A stretch of DNA of 64,000 nucleotides. Source: Escherichia coli. GTDB taxonomy: Bacteria > Pseudomonadota > Gammaproteobacteria > Enterobacterales > Enterobacteriaceae. The DNA lies in NCBI RefSeq assembly GCF_009931435.1, contig NZ_CP043414.1, one strand, 5' to 3'. A model generated the notes under the pieces. The model was not told the origin of the DNA and searched no databases. It saw only the letters and a list, made by a program, of their open reading frames with translations. Positions 35,135 to 45,265 of this stretch are shown here, one piece after another; positions within the stretch are counted from its first letter, which is position 1, and every line of letters starts with the position of its first letter. A program made the position numbers and the translations under genes.

Positions 35135-36427
35135 TTATACGGCTTTATTGCGCTTCATGACCATTGCCACAATAAGGCTGAGTAAGAGCGCGCCAATAAT
35201 CCATATCAGCGCACGACTGCCCTGGGACCACAGACTGTAGATGAAGCCAACGATCACCAACAACATAACCAACGTGCCAACGATAAGAATCGGCAACGAG
35301 GCATGGATATCATGACGCAGGCGGATCGCCACCACAAACACCGCCAGGTAGCAGATCAAAAAGGTGGCACTGGCAACGCTGGCGAGTGAGCCTAAATTTA
35401 GCGCCGCCGTCATCAGCATAATCAACACCACGACGATGATGTTGCCCCAGGTACTCTGCCGCCACAGAGATTTATTCATTAGCTTCGGCAGTTCGCGTTC
35501 GCTTCCCATGTTGTCCATGATGTTAAACACGGCGAACAGGTTCGCGTTGATGGCTGAAGCCGTCGCCAGTAAAGCACCGATGACAACGATCACATAACCC
35601 ACATGCCCGAGGAGCGGAGATGCGGCCTGCGCTACGGCGGTATCGGCATATTTTTCTAACTCTAATGCCGATACATCGCTAAGCAGTACCAGCGCCAGCG
35701 CGATGTAAAGCAGTGTGGTAACGCCAATCGCCACCAGAAACGCCCGTGGCATAATGACCGCCGGATCTTTCACTTTATCCGCCGCGTTCGCCATCATGCC
35801 AAAGCCCGCATAGGCAAGGAAGGTTATCCCGATACAGGAGAAGAACGCACCGGAGCTGGGAGGCGCAGAGACGGAAATATGCGCCGGTTGTAGCGACCAG
35901 ACACCGGCAATAATCAGCAATAACAGGATCATCATTTTAATGCCGACGAGGATCACTTCCAGCCGCCCTACCGCATGGTTGCTTAAGGAGTTGAAAAGCG
36001 TCATCACCGCAATGATCCCCAACGCGTAGAGCAGAATAAGGTGCTCCTCCTGGCTGCCTTCATGCAAAAACTGCACGGCATAAGCGCCAAAAGCACGGGC
36101 GACCATGGCGATGCTTACCGCCAGCGTCAACAGGTACAGTAACGAGAGCGCCAGCGAAAAGACGCCGTTGCCTAATCCGCGACGAAAGAAGTCGATAATA
36201 CCGCCATTGCTGGGATAGCTCGCCCCCAGACGCGCATAGGCATAACCAGAAAACATCGCCACAATACCACCAAAAGCAAAGGCGACCCAGGTCGAGGCTT
36301 CCATTAGCAACGCAGCCTGCCCCAGCAGCGCGAAGATCCCCGCCCCCACCATTGCCCCAATGCCAATGGAAACGACGTTCCATAGACCGAGGGGTTTGTT
36401 ACCGTTATTACCTTCCGTGTTCATCAT
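35135..36427 (-). CDS. ybaT: APC-superfamily amino-acid transporter YbaT
   Basis: 430-aa polytopic membrane ORF, co-oriented with and directly downstream of glsA as in K-12. Confidence 0.85.
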   Translation of the reverse strand: MMNTEGNNGNKPLGLWNVVSIGIGAMVGAGIFALLGQAALLMEASTWVAFAFGGIVAMFSGYAYARLGASYPSNGGIIDFFRRGLGNGVFSLALSLLYLLTLAVSIAMVARAFGAYAVQFLHEGSQEEHLILLYALGIIAVMTLFNSLSNHAVGRLEVILVGIKMMILLLLIIAGVWSLQPAHISVSAPPSSGAFFSCIGITFLAYAGFGMMANAADKVKDPAVIMPRAFLVAIGVTTLLYIALALVLLSDVSALELEKYADTAVAQAASPLLGHVGYVIVVIGALLATASAINANLFAVFNIMDNMGSERELPKLMNKSLWRQSTWGNIIVVVLIMLMTAALNLGSLASVASATFLICYLAVFVVAIRLRHDIHASLPILIVGTLVMLLVIVGFIYSLWSQGSRALIWIIGALLLSLIVAMVMKRNKAV

Positions 36428-36429
36428 GA

Positions 36430-37362
36430 TCAGCCCTTAAACACGTTATAGCCGAGTTGATTAGCGACCGATGCCACCATTTTTTGACCGCGAACACTGT
36501 TGCCTTCTTCGTCCAGTGGTGGTGAAAACGCGGCAATTCCCATCACGCCAGGGACAACCGCCAGAATACCGCCACCTACACCGCTTTTGCCCGGTAAACC
36601 AACGCGATATGCCCAGTCACCGGAGCGACCATACAGCCCTTCCATCATCATTTCGGCCAGAATGCACGGCACGTTGTCGGCCTGAAGAACGCGTTTATGC
36701 GTCAGCGGATTCACACCACCCGCCGCCAGCGTCGCGCCAAGCGTTGCCAGTTCAATAGTATTGAGGAGCGTGGAGCACTGACGGGTATACACGTCACAGG
36801 CTTCCATTGCATCACAATAGAGATATCCGGCGGAGTACAGCAGCCAGGCTATGGCCCGGTTATGGAAGTTGGTTGTTTGTTCCGACTGGTTGACTTCATC
36901 AGAGAGCGCTACCTGCTCACCAGCCAGTTGTTGTTGGATATGTAAAATTCGCTGCCAGCGTTGTTCAGTATTTTCAGCGTTAATCAGGCTGGTGGTGGCA
37001 ATAGCGCCAGCATTTACCAGTGGCGAAAGCGGTTTGCCGCCATGCAACTCTAAGGCGATAACGGAGTTAAAGGGCAATCCGGTCGGGTCAGCGCCAACTT
37101 TGTCCTGTACCGCCTGCGGGCCGACATCTTCTAACGCAAGGGCTAACGTACAGACTTTTGAGATGGATTCCAGCGCAAAGCGGTAATCACTGTCACCCGC
37201 GCTAAAGACTTTACCATCGCAGGTCACGATAGCCACTGCCGCCAGTTGACTGGGCACATTCGCCAGAAAGGGAATGTAATCGGCATTTTGTCCGCCGTTA
37301 AGTGAGTGAAATTGGGTGTAAGCCTGATCCACTGCCTGCTGTAATGTGTTTGCATCTAACAT
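36430..37362 (-). CDS. glsA: Glutaminase 1
   Basis: 310-aa ORF MLDANTLQQAVDQAYTQFHSLNGGQNADYIPFLANVPSQL..., serine-dependent glutaminase family. Confidence 0.9.
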   Translation of the reverse strand: MLDANTLQQAVDQAYTQFHSLNGGQNADYIPFLANVPSQLAAVAIVTCDGKVFSAGDSDYRFALESISKVCTLALALEDVGPQAVQDKVGADPTGLPFNSVIALELHGGKPLSPLVNAGAIATTSLINAENTEQRWQRILHIQQQLAGEQVALSDEVNQSEQTTNFHNRAIAWLLYSAGYLYCDAMEACDVYTRQCSTLLNTIELATLGATLAAGGVNPLTHKRVLQADNVPCILAEMMMEGLYGRSGDWAYRVGLPGKSGVGGGILAVVPGVMGIAAFSPPLDEEGNSVRGQKMVASVANQLGYNVFKG

Positions 37363-37553
37363 CTTTTGTTAACTCCTTTTTATAGATGCGGGAGGGGATT
37401 CCTCACCCCGGTGCCGATTTTCAGGCATCCTGATTTAACTTAGCACCCGCGACTTAACTACAGGAAAACAAAGAGATAAATGTCTAATCCTGATGCAAAT
37501 TGAGCCGATTTTTTAATCTTTACGGACTTTTACCCGCCTGGTTTATTAATTTC

Positions 37554-37584
37554 TTGACCTTCCCCTTGCTGGAAGGTTTAACCT
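37554..37584 (+). promoter_or_regulatory. copA promoter with CueR operator (MerR-type 19-bp spacer)
   Basis: TTGACC (-35, 37554-37559), dyad ACCTTCCCCTTGCTGGAAGGT within a 19-bp spacer, TAACCT (-10, 37579-37584); AAGGAG RBS at 37611-37616 ahead of the copA ATG. Matches the known copA promoter architecture as I recall it. Confidence 0.8.
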
Positions 37585-37623
37585 TTATCACAGCCAGTCA
37601 AAACTGTCTCAAAGGAGTACGTT

Positions 37624-40128
37624 ATGTCACAAACTATCGACCTGACCCTGGACGGCCTGTCCTGCGGTCACTGCGTTAAACGCGTGAAAGAAAGTCTCGA
37701 ACAGCGCCCGGATGTTGAACAGGCGGATGTGTCTGTCACTGAAGCGCACGTTACCGGGACTGCCAGTGCAGAACAGCTGATCGAAACCATCAAACAAGCG
37801 GGTTATGACGCATCTGTAAGCCACCCAAAGGCTAAACCGCTGGCGGAGTCATCAATCCCGTCGGAAGCACTGACAGCGGTTTCTGAGGCGCTTCCGGCAG
37901 CGACCGCCGATGACGATGACAGCCAGCAGTTGCTGCTGAGCGGCATGAGCTGCGCCAGCTGTGTCACCCGCGTACAAAATGCGCTGCAAAGCGTACCGGG
38001 CGTCACTCAGGCACGGGTAAACCTGGCGGAGCGTACTGCGCTGGTGATGGGCAGTGCCTCCCCACAAGATTTAGTGCAGGCGGTGGAAAAAGCGGGCTAC
38101 GGCGCGGAAGCGATTGAAGATGACGCGAAACGCCGTGAGCGCCAGCAGGAAACCGCCGTCGCTACCATGAAGCGCTTCCGCTGGCAGGCAATTGTCGCAC
38201 TGGCGGTGGGTATCCCGGTGATGGTCTGGGGGATGATTGGCGATAACATGATGGTCACCGCTGACAACCGCAGCCTGTGGTTAGTTATCGGCCTGATAAC
38301 GCTGGCGGTAATGGTTTTCGCCGGCGGGCATTTTTACCGTAGCGCATGGAAAAGCCTGCTGAACGGTGCGGCGACAATGGATACGCTGGTGGCGCTGGGT
38401 ACTGGCGTGGCGTGGCTCTATTCAATGAGCGTCAACCTGTGGCCGCAGTGGTTCCCGATGGAAGCGCGACATCTTTATTACGAAGCCAGTGCGATGATTA
38501 TCGGTCTGATTAATCTCGGTCATATGCTGGAAGCGCGCGCACGTCAGCGTTCTTCAAAGGCGCTGGAGAAATTACTCGATTTAACCCCGCCGACGGCGCG
38601 CCTGGTCACTGACGAAGGTGAAAAAAGCGTGCCGCTGGCAGATGTTCAGCCTGGTATGTTACTACGCCTGACGACCGGCGATCGTGTACCGGTAGATGGT
38701 GAAATTACCCAGGGCGAAGCGTGGCTGGATGAAGCAATGCTGACGGGCGAACCTATCCCACAACAAAAAGGCGAAGGCGATAGCGTTCATGCCGGTACCG
38801 TGGTGCAGGACGGTAGCGTGCTGTTTCGTGCCAGTGCGGTTGGCAGCCATACTACGCTGTCACGGATCATTCGTATGGTGCGCCAGGCCCAGAGCAGTAA
38901 ACCGGAAATCGGCCAGTTGGCGGATAAAATCTCTGCCGTATTTGTGCCGGTAGTGGTGGTGATTGCGCTGGTCAGTGCGGCAATCTGGTACTTCTTTGGT
39001 CCGGCACCGCAAATTGTTTATACCCTGGTGATTGCCACTACGGTACTGATTATCGCCTGCCCGTGTGCGCTGGGGCTGGCAACGCCAATGTCGATTATTT
39101 CCGGCGTAGGGCGTGCGGCTGAATTTGGCGTGCTGGTGCGGGACGCCGACGCGCTGCAGCGCGCCAGTACGCTCGATACCGTAGTATTCGATAAAACCGG
39201 GACGCTGACGGAAGGTAAACCGCAGGTTGTCGCGGTGAAAACATTTGCTGATGTTGACGAAGCGCAGGCGCTGCGTCTGGCGGCGGCACTGGAACAAGGT
39301 TCCAGCCATCCGCTGGCACGGGCGATCCTCGATAAAGCAGGCGATATGCAGCTGCCGCAGGTCAACAGCTTCCGTACATTGCGTGGGCTGGGCGTGAGCG
39401 GTGAAGCAGAAGGTCATGCGTTATTGCTGGGTAATCAGGCGTTGTTAAATGACCAGCAAGTCGATACTAAAGCGATTGAAGCAGATATTTCAGCCCAGGC
39501 ATCGCAAGGGGCAACGCCTGTGCTGCTGGCGGTTGACGGGAAAGCGGTAGCCCTGCTGGCTGTACGCGATCCATTGCGTAGTGATAGCGTGGCGGCGCTG
39601 CAACGTCTGCATAAAGCGGGATATCGTCTGGTGATGCTAACCGGGGATAACCCGACCACCGCCAATGCGATCGCCAAAGAGGCAGGGATTGATGAGGTGA
39701 TAGCCGGGGTGCTGCCAGACGGTAAAGCCGAAGCGATCAAACGTCTGCAAAGTGAAGGACGTCAGGTGGCAATGGTGGGTGACGGCATTAACGACGCGCC
39801 AGCACTGGCTCAGGCGGATGTCGGTATTGCTATGGGTGGCGGCAGTGATGTTGCCATTGAAACCGCGGCGATTACCCTGATGCGCCATAGCCTGATGGGT
39901 GTTGCGGATGCGCTCGCAATTTCCCGCGCAACGCTGCGCAACATGAAGCAGAACCTGCTCGGTGCGTTTATCTACAACAGCATTGGTATTCCGGTCGCCG
40001 CCGGTATTTTGTGGCCGTTCACGGGAACACTGCTTAACCCGGTAGTAGCCGGGGCAGCAATGGCACTCTCGTCGATTACCGTAGTGAGTAACGCCAACCG
40101 GTTGCTGCGGTTTAAACCGAAAGAGTGA
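37624..40128 (+). CDS. copA: Cu(I)-exporting P1B-type ATPase CopA
   Basis: 834-aa ORF with two N-terminal CxxC metal-binding domains ([16 protein letters not shown]), CPC transmembrane metal site, DKTGT phosphorylation motif and GDGINDAP. Confidence 0.95.
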   Translation: MSQTIDLTLDGLSCGHCVKRVKESLEQRPDVEQADVSVTEAHVTGTASAEQLIETIKQAGYDASVSHPKAKPLAESSIPSEALTAVSEALPAATADDDDSQQLLLSGMSCASCVTRVQNALQSVPGVTQARVNLAERTALVMGSASPQDLVQAVEKAGYGAEAIEDDAKRRERQQETAVATMKRFRWQAIVALAVGIPVMVWGMIGDNMMVTADNRSLWLVIGLITLAVMVFAGGHFYRSAWKSLLNGAATMDTLVALGTGVAWLYSMSVNLWPQWFPMEARHLYYEASAMIIGLINLGHMLEARARQRSSKALEKLLDLTPPTARLVTDEGEKSVPLADVQPGMLLRLTTGDRVPVDGEITQGEAWLDEAMLTGEPIPQQKGEGDSVHAGTVVQDGSVLFRASAVGSHTTLSRIIRMVRQAQSSKPEIGQLADKISAVFVPVVVVIALVSAAIWYFFGPAPQIVYTLVIATTVLIIACPCALGLATPMSIISGVGRAAEFGVLVRDADALQRASTLDTVVFDKTGTLTEGKPQVVAVKTFADVDEAQALRLAAALEQGSSHPLARAILDKAGDMQLPQVNSFRTLRGLGVSGEAEGHALLLGNQALLNDQQVDTKAIEADISAQASQGATPVLLAVDGKAVALLAVRDPLRSDSVAALQRLHKAGYRLVMLTGDNPTTANAIAKEAGIDEVIAGVLPDGKAEAIKRLQSEGRQVAMVGDGINDAPALAQADVGIAMGGGSDVAIETAAITLMRHSLMGVADALAISRATLRNMKQNLLGAFIYNSIGIPVAAGILWPFTGTLLNPVVAGAAMALSSITVVSNANRLLRFKPKE
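37824..37830 (+). other. copA: Programmed -1 ribosomal frameshift site producing CopA(Z)
   Basis: Slippery heptamer C CCA AAG at copA codons 68-69 (...VSHPKAKPL). In the -1 frame the next codons are GGC TAA, giving a ~70-aa product ending ...HPKG, consistent with the described CopA(Z) metallochaperone. Confidence 0.7.
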
Positions 40129-40556
40129 TTGTTATTTACTTAATGCGTTTGTGAGATCCAGTTCTTGTTGCGCTCCTTTTATGAGTCATGCCATATAAAG
40201 TGACTGGCGCAAGGAGCGCGCAGGGGGCGGCCAATCGCCGCCGCCCCCTGCACCCCCGGGCTCTGGCGAACAAAATCGCCGCTGCGCGGTACCCTCGGCT
40301 TATCCCTTGCGGCTACCGGGTCGGGCGCGAGGTAACATCCCTGTAAAACGCGCCCTCAGCCCACATCCATGTGGGCTGCCCCGGCCTTCAGGGAACGCCT
40401 CGGCGATTTTGACGCCACCAACACCCGTGCAGTCTTTCGTTTCAAAGCAAAAACAATTTTTCGATCATATTTAAGCTACCACTGAACAAGCCTCATAACT
40501 CCATTTGCGCCATCCCTCACCGCGCGCTAGCATGATATTTCACAAAGGGAGGTCGT

Positions 40557-41351
40557 ATGGATCTGTTGTACCGGGTAAAAACGCTTTGGGCCGCGCTGCG
40601 CGGCAATCATTACACCTGGCCTGCTATCGATATCTCTCTTCCCGGCAATCGCCATTTTCATCTGATTGGCAGTATTCATATGGGCAGCCACGATATGGCT
40701 CCCCTGCCCCCCCGTTTGCTCAAAAAGCTCAAAAACGCCGATGCGCTGATCGTCGAGGCGGATGTTTCCACCAGCGATACGCCTTTTGCCAATTTGCCTG
40801 CCTGCGAGGCGCTGGAAGAGCGCATTAGCGAGGAGCAATTACAAAATCTGCAAAACATAAGCCAGGAGATGGGTATTTCTCCATCGCTCTTTTCTACCCA
40901 ACCGCTGTGGCAAATCGCGATGGTTCTTCAGGCAACGCAAGCGCAAAAACTGGGGCTGCGGGCAGAATATGGTATCGATTACCAGCTATTGCAGGTGGCG
41001 AAGCAACAACATAAACCCGTGATTGAACTGGAAGGGGCAGAAAACCAGATTGCCATGTTGCTCCAGCTCCCTGACAAAGGACTGGCGCTGCTGGACGATA
41101 CGCTGACCCACTGGCACACCAACGCTCGTTTGCTGCAACAAATGATGAGCTGGTGGCTGAATGCGCCGCCGCAAAATAATGAAATAACGCTGCCCAATAC
41201 GTTCAGTCAGTCGCTGTACGATGTGCTGATGCATCAGCGAAATCTCGCCTGGCGGGACAAATTACGCGCCATGCCGCCGGGACGCTATGTGGTCGCGGTC
41301 GGAGCTTTACATCTGTATGGAGAAGGGAATTTGCCGCAGATGTTGCGCTAA
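40557..41351 (+). CDS. ybaP: TraB/GumN-family protein YbaP
   Basis: 264-aa ORF positioned between copA and ybaK as in K-12. Confidence 0.8.
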   Translation: MDLLYRVKTLWAALRGNHYTWPAIDISLPGNRHFHLIGSIHMGSHDMAPLPPRLLKKLKNADALIVEADVSTSDTPFANLPACEALEERISEEQLQNLQNISQEMGISPSLFSTQPLWQIAMVLQATQAQKLGLRAEYGIDYQLLQVAKQQHKPVIELEGAENQIAMLLQLPDKGLALLDDTLTHWHTNARLLQQMMSWWLNAPPQNNEITLPNTFSQSLYDVLMHQRNLAWRDKLRAMPPGRYVVAVGALHLYGEGNLPQMLR

Positions 41352-41433
41352 AAAAATGGCCAATATCGCTATTGGCCCGTCAAAGAGGAATTTCATTTTT
41401 TTATTATTATGCCGTCACTTTAAGCGACGGTGT
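41350..41433 (-). ncRNA. chiX: ChiX (MicM/SroB) Hfq-dependent small RNA
   Basis: The reverse complement of 41350-41433 reads ACACCGTCGCTTAAAGTGACGGCATAATAATAAAAAAATGAAATTCCTCTTTGACGGGCCAATAGCGATATTGGCCATTTTTTT, matching the ChiX sequence as I recall it, including the 3' terminator hairpin and U-run, in the expected ybaP-ybaK spacer. Confidence 0.85.
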
Positions 41434-41554
41434 AACTCGATTGTCGCTCAATCTCACCATCCTGCCAATACTCTTAGGCAAGATGACTCTTTTTTTTGGA
41501 CCGCCATCAGGCGTATGCTTGCTTCGTTTTTTTGTTTAAGGCAGGAAAATTACC

Positions 41555-42034
41555 ATGACACCCGCAGTTAAATTACTCGAAAAAAACAAGATTTCGTTTC
41601 AAATCCACACCTACGAGCACGATCCGGCTGAAACCAATTTTGGCGATGAAGTCGTCAAAAAATTAGGTTTGAATCCGGATCAGGTCTACAAAACGCTGCT
41701 GGTGGCAGTGAACGGTGATATGAAGCACCTTGCAGTGGCCGTTACGCCGGTCGCAGGTCAACTGGATCTTAAAAAAGTAGCAAAGGCGTTGGGTGCCAAG
41801 AAAGTTGAGATGGCCGATCCGATGGTTGCGCAGCGTTCGACGGGGTATCTGGTTGGGGGGATTAGCCCACTGGGGCAGAAAAAACGCCTGCCGACGATTA
41901 TCGACGCCCCCGCGCAAGAGTTTGCCACTATTTTTGTTTCTGGCGGCAAGCGCGGGCTGGACATTGAACTGGCGGCAAGCGACCTGGCGAAGATCCTCGA
42001 TGCCAAATTTGCTGATATCGCTCGTCGCGATTAA
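41555..42034 (+). CDS. ybaK: Cys-tRNA(Pro)/Cys-tRNA(Cys) deacylase YbaK
   Basis: 159-aa [27 protein letters not shown]... of the YbaK/ProX trans-editing family. Confidence 0.9.
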   Translation: MTPAVKLLEKNKISFQIHTYEHDPAETNFGDEVVKKLGLNPDQVYKTLLVAVNGDMKHLAVAVTPVAGQLDLKKVAKALGAKKVEMADPMVAQRSTGYLVGGISPLGQKKRLPTIIDAPAQEFATIFVSGGKRGLDIELAASDLAKILDAKFADIARRD

Positions 42035-42057
42035 GTGATGCACACGGAAGATGAGAT

Positions 42058-42858
42058 GTGGAAAGGATTACAGAGACATTAAGTATCGCTTGTGCAGATG
42101 AGATACCGGATATCGCCTTACTTCGGCAAACATCGAGAGAAAAGGTATTACATCTGCATTTTGCCAGCGAAGCAGAGAGGTATCGTGAGGAATTCGGGCT
42201 GGTGCTGAAAGCACAGCTCGATGAATTTGTTGTTGGCATGCATTCTGCCGACCCGGTTATCAGGATCGCCAGATTAATATCGCTTGAAGAGATTAACCGC
42301 CATCAGGATTTTTTCGAACACTGCGCGAAAGAATATCGTAAGCTGGCGACAGAGCTTATATTTGCATTGGCTGAACAACTGAACGTTGAGATGGCGGAAA
42401 ATAACCCGCTAGTTACCTTTGCCCCCTTCAAATGCAACCGTAAGCGAAAAGGCAAAATGGGAAAGTGGCAGTATTGTTTTCATGGTTTTCATTGTGCATT
42501 TGAGAATAAAAAAACAGAGCAAAATATTGAAGTTCCCCTCGCCTACGGCTTTGATTTCGGCGATCTGGACCCGTATTTTTTTTCCGTATTTATCAAATCG
42601 ACCCCCGCCTGGCAGCCTCTGCCAGTGGCTATTTACGATGATTACCACGACGGCAGCAGGATCATTCAACAACTGCTGGCGCTGGGAAAGTTAGAAAAAA
42701 TCCCTTCACCGATCCCACAATACACGGGTGTTGCTGCGGTAGATTGGTCCAATGTCGACATCGCAAGTTTTCGCTCAACACTGGAGAGTCGCCTGCACCG
42801 ATGCAAATTACGCTGGCTTTTGAAGCATGTAAAAAACTCACAAAGGAGCGAAAGATGA
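42058..42858 (+). CDS. Hypothetical protein A (~266 aa; start uncertain), first gene of a two-gene module between ybaK and ushA
   Basis: Track ORF begins at a GTG 24 nt after the ybaK stop; the first in-frame ATG is ~60 codons in. No transmembrane segment or NTPase motif seen. Cys/His cluster CNRKRKGKMGKWQYCFHGFHC could be a metal-binding knuckle. Its stop overlaps the next gene's ATG (ATGA). Confidence 0.5.
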   Translation: MERITETLSIACADEIPDIALLRQTSREKVLHLHFASEAERYREEFGLVLKAQLDEFVVGMHSADPVIRIARLISLEEINRHQDFFEHCAKEYRKLATELIFALAEQLNVEMAENNPLVTFAPFKCNRKRKGKMGKWQYCFHGFHCAFENKKTEQNIEVPLAYGFDFGDLDPYFFSVFIKSTPAWQPLPVAIYDDYHDGSRIIQQLLALGKLEKIPSPIPQYTGVAAVDWSNVDIASFRSTLESRLHRCKLRWLLKHVKNSQRSER

Positions 42859-43358
42859 AATTTGACCATCTTGTTGATGTTAGCTTCCACAATTTTGTCT
42901 TTAACGGAAAATTCGATTTTGTCGAACTGGGGCAAACAATGGCATGGTTGGAACAAAACTTTATTGAGCCGGACTCTAAAAATGATATGGGAAATGGTTT
43001 TTATATCTGGCTATTTGGTAATGTTGAGTTTCATTTCGAAAACAACAAGCTATATATGATTTGGTACGATTATCTGAGCCAAATCCATTTGGGCAAAGCG
43101 ATCCGATTTGATAAAGGAATATTGAATAACGTCGCTGAGTTGAACGTTACGCGTGTATTTAACATGCTTGTTAACGAAGGCGCTGATCTGCAAATCCACC
43201 GTCAATCGCCCCATACACTATTAATCCACGTCAATCGCTCAGGCGTGACACTTTGGTTTGAAGCAGATGAAGAACAGCCCGGTGAACCGCAGAATTATAT
43301 GCTGATGGCATTTGGTTTGACACATCGCGATTACGATGCAAGATTTCAATATTCATAA
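42855..43358 (+). CDS. Hypothetical protein B (167 aa), translationally coupled to protein A
   Basis: ATG at 42855 is preceded by a strong AGGAG Shine-Dalgarno (caaAGGAGcgaaagATG); the track ORF (42744) extends upstream in frame but I prefer this start. Aromatic-rich soluble protein (MKFDHLVDVSFHNFVFNGKFDFVELG...); no motif I recognise. Confidence 0.5.
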   Translation: MKFDHLVDVSFHNFVFNGKFDFVELGQTMAWLEQNFIEPDSKNDMGNGFYIWLFGNVEFHFENNKLYMIWYDYLSQIHLGKAIRFDKGILNNVAELNVTRVFNMLVNEGADLQIHRQSPHTLLIHVNRSGVTLWFEADEEQPGEPQNYMLMAFGLTHRDYDARFQYS

Positions 43359-43395
43359 ATGGCGGCGTCATATCATGACGCCGCGACAGGGTTCA

Positions 43396-45048
43396 TTACT
43401 GCCAGCTCACCTCACCTTTCGGTTCATAGACACTCACATCCAGCGGCGAGTTTTTCTGGATATACGCTTTCAGCACTTCAGCATCAATAAAGCCGGTATT
43501 CACATAGCCCGGTTTGTTATCCAGACGCGGATAGCCATCACCGCCAGTGGCATTGAAGTTTAATGTCGCCATACGGTAAGTTTTCGCCGGATCGACCGGT
43601 TCGCCTTTGATTTTCAGGTCGTTCAGTTTGCCGTCTTTCGCCACAAAGCTAACGTTGGCAAATTGCGGATAGGCACCAGAATCAGGCTTCATTTGTGCGA
43701 CGGCGGTCAGGTAATCAATCACCTCTTTACCGGTCATGTCGGCATACACCACCACATTGCCGAATGGCTGCACTTTCAGCACATTTTTATAGCTGATATC
43801 ACCTGCTTCGATAGAATCACGAATTCCGCCTCCGCTCATCACCGCAAAGTCGGCACCAGTGCGATCCATTTGTGCTGCCAGAATCAACCGCCCCATATTG
43901 GTCTGTACAAAACGCACTTTGCTGCGGTCGCCTTCCAGACGACCATTGGTTTCGCCTATTTTCACTTCCAGCTGCGCTTTGCCTTTGTTCTGGAACGGTG
44001 ATAACAGCGAAATCATTTGCTGGTTTTCGGCGATTTCAGGGGTGTAAAGCACACGCTCGCTTTTCCCGTCTTCCCAGGTCACTTTCTTCTTCAGGTTTAC
44101 CGGAATCAACTGGTAGTTGACCATTTTCATTTCGCCGTTGCGAAACTCAAAGTCGGCCCGACCCACGTACTTGCCCCACTCATGCGCCTGTACAATCCAG
44201 ATGCCATTTTGTTGATCCGGTTTGCATGGCGTACCAGGAACGTAATCGACCTGTTTTTTATTTTCTGCCGCCATACAGACTGGATCTTGCGAGTGACCTC
44301 CGACGATCATCGCCAGCGATCCGGCAGGCAGCGCGCGTGCCATCTCCACATCGCCCGGTGCATTAGAGCCGTGCTCACCATTGTCGTAATGCCCCATATG
44401 GGTTGCCGCGATAATAATGTCTGGCTTTTCTGTCTGTTGCAGCTCCTGAATCACCAGCTTCGCTTCATCAGCGGGCTTACGAAATTCGATATCAGTGAAG
44501 TATTCCGGGTTACCAATTTTGGCTGTGTCATCGGTTGTCAGCCCAATAACGGCAATTTTCAGATCCTGACGCTTAAACAGCGCCCATGGTTTAAACAGGC
44601 GCTCACCAGTGCTTTTTTGGTAGATATTGGCGGAAAGCAACGGGAACTTAGCCCACTTTTCCTGCTGGCGTAATACGGTGAGCGGGTTATCAAATTCATG
44701 ATTACCGATCGCCATTGCATCATAGCCTACCAGATTCATACCGCGAAAATCAGGTTCGGCATCCTGTAAGTCGGACTCGGGCACGCCAGTATTAATGTCG
44801 CCACCGGAAAGTAGCAGCACGCTACCACCTTCAGCCGCAACCTCTTTGCGAATACCGTCCACCAGCGTTTTTTGCGCCGCAAGACCATATTCGCCATATT
44901 CATTACGCCAGAAATGACCATGATGATCATTGGTATGCAGAACTGTAATTTTGTAGGTTTTATCCTGCTCATAAGCCAGAGCAGTTTCACTCGCCAGTGT
45001 AAATGTGGTTAACAGTGCTAACGCCACGCCCCGCTGCAATAATTTCAT
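43396..45048 (-). CDS. ushA: Periplasmic UDP-sugar hydrolase / 5'-nucleotidase UshA
   Basis: 550-aa ORF with signal peptide and calcineurin-like metallophosphatase motifs (DHHG, GNHEFD). Confidence 0.95.
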   Translation of the reverse strand: MKLLQRGVALALLTTFTLASETALAYEQDKTYKITVLHTNDHHGHFWRNEYGEYGLAAQKTLVDGIRKEVAAEGGSVLLLSGGDINTGVPESDLQDAEPDFRGMNLVGYDAMAIGNHEFDNPLTVLRQQEKWAKFPLLSANIYQKSTGERLFKPWALFKRQDLKIAVIGLTTDDTAKIGNPEYFTDIEFRKPADEAKLVIQELQQTEKPDIIIAATHMGHYDNGEHGSNAPGDVEMARALPAGSLAMIVGGHSQDPVCMAAENKKQVDYVPGTPCKPDQQNGIWIVQAHEWGKYVGRADFEFRNGEMKMVNYQLIPVNLKKKVTWEDGKSERVLYTPEIAENQQMISLLSPFQNKGKAQLEVKIGETNGRLEGDRSKVRFVQTNMGRLILAAQMDRTGADFAVMSGGGIRDSIEAGDISYKNVLKVQPFGNVVVYADMTGKEVIDYLTAVAQMKPDSGAYPQFANVSFVAKDGKLNDLKIKGEPVDPAKTYRMATLNFNATGGDGYPRLDNKPGYVNTGFIDAEVLKAYIQKNSPLDVSVYEPKGEVSWQ

Positions 45049-45265
45049 ACTTCTCTCCCTGATCAGATTTCAACGTGTTGAAAAATAGTATGACGCGACA
45101 TCATAGACAAGTCTGCGTCCGGTGAAGATAAATCTGCATCCAGATTAGAAATTCTGTATTCAGCGTTGAGACTTCCTTCAGGCGGCGCATACAGGTATGT
45201 TAGTCGGGTAATAATCACAAATAAGATCATTCTTTACATCGCAACCCTGAAAAAGTGACTTTCCT

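Noticed and set aside
40505-40838. 107-aa (+) and 103-aa (-) ORFs at the start of ybaP, considered as possible ybaQ
   Set aside because: Both overlap ybaP out of frame and neither translation resembles an XRE-family HTH regulator; treated as artefacts, hence the ybaQ-absent call.
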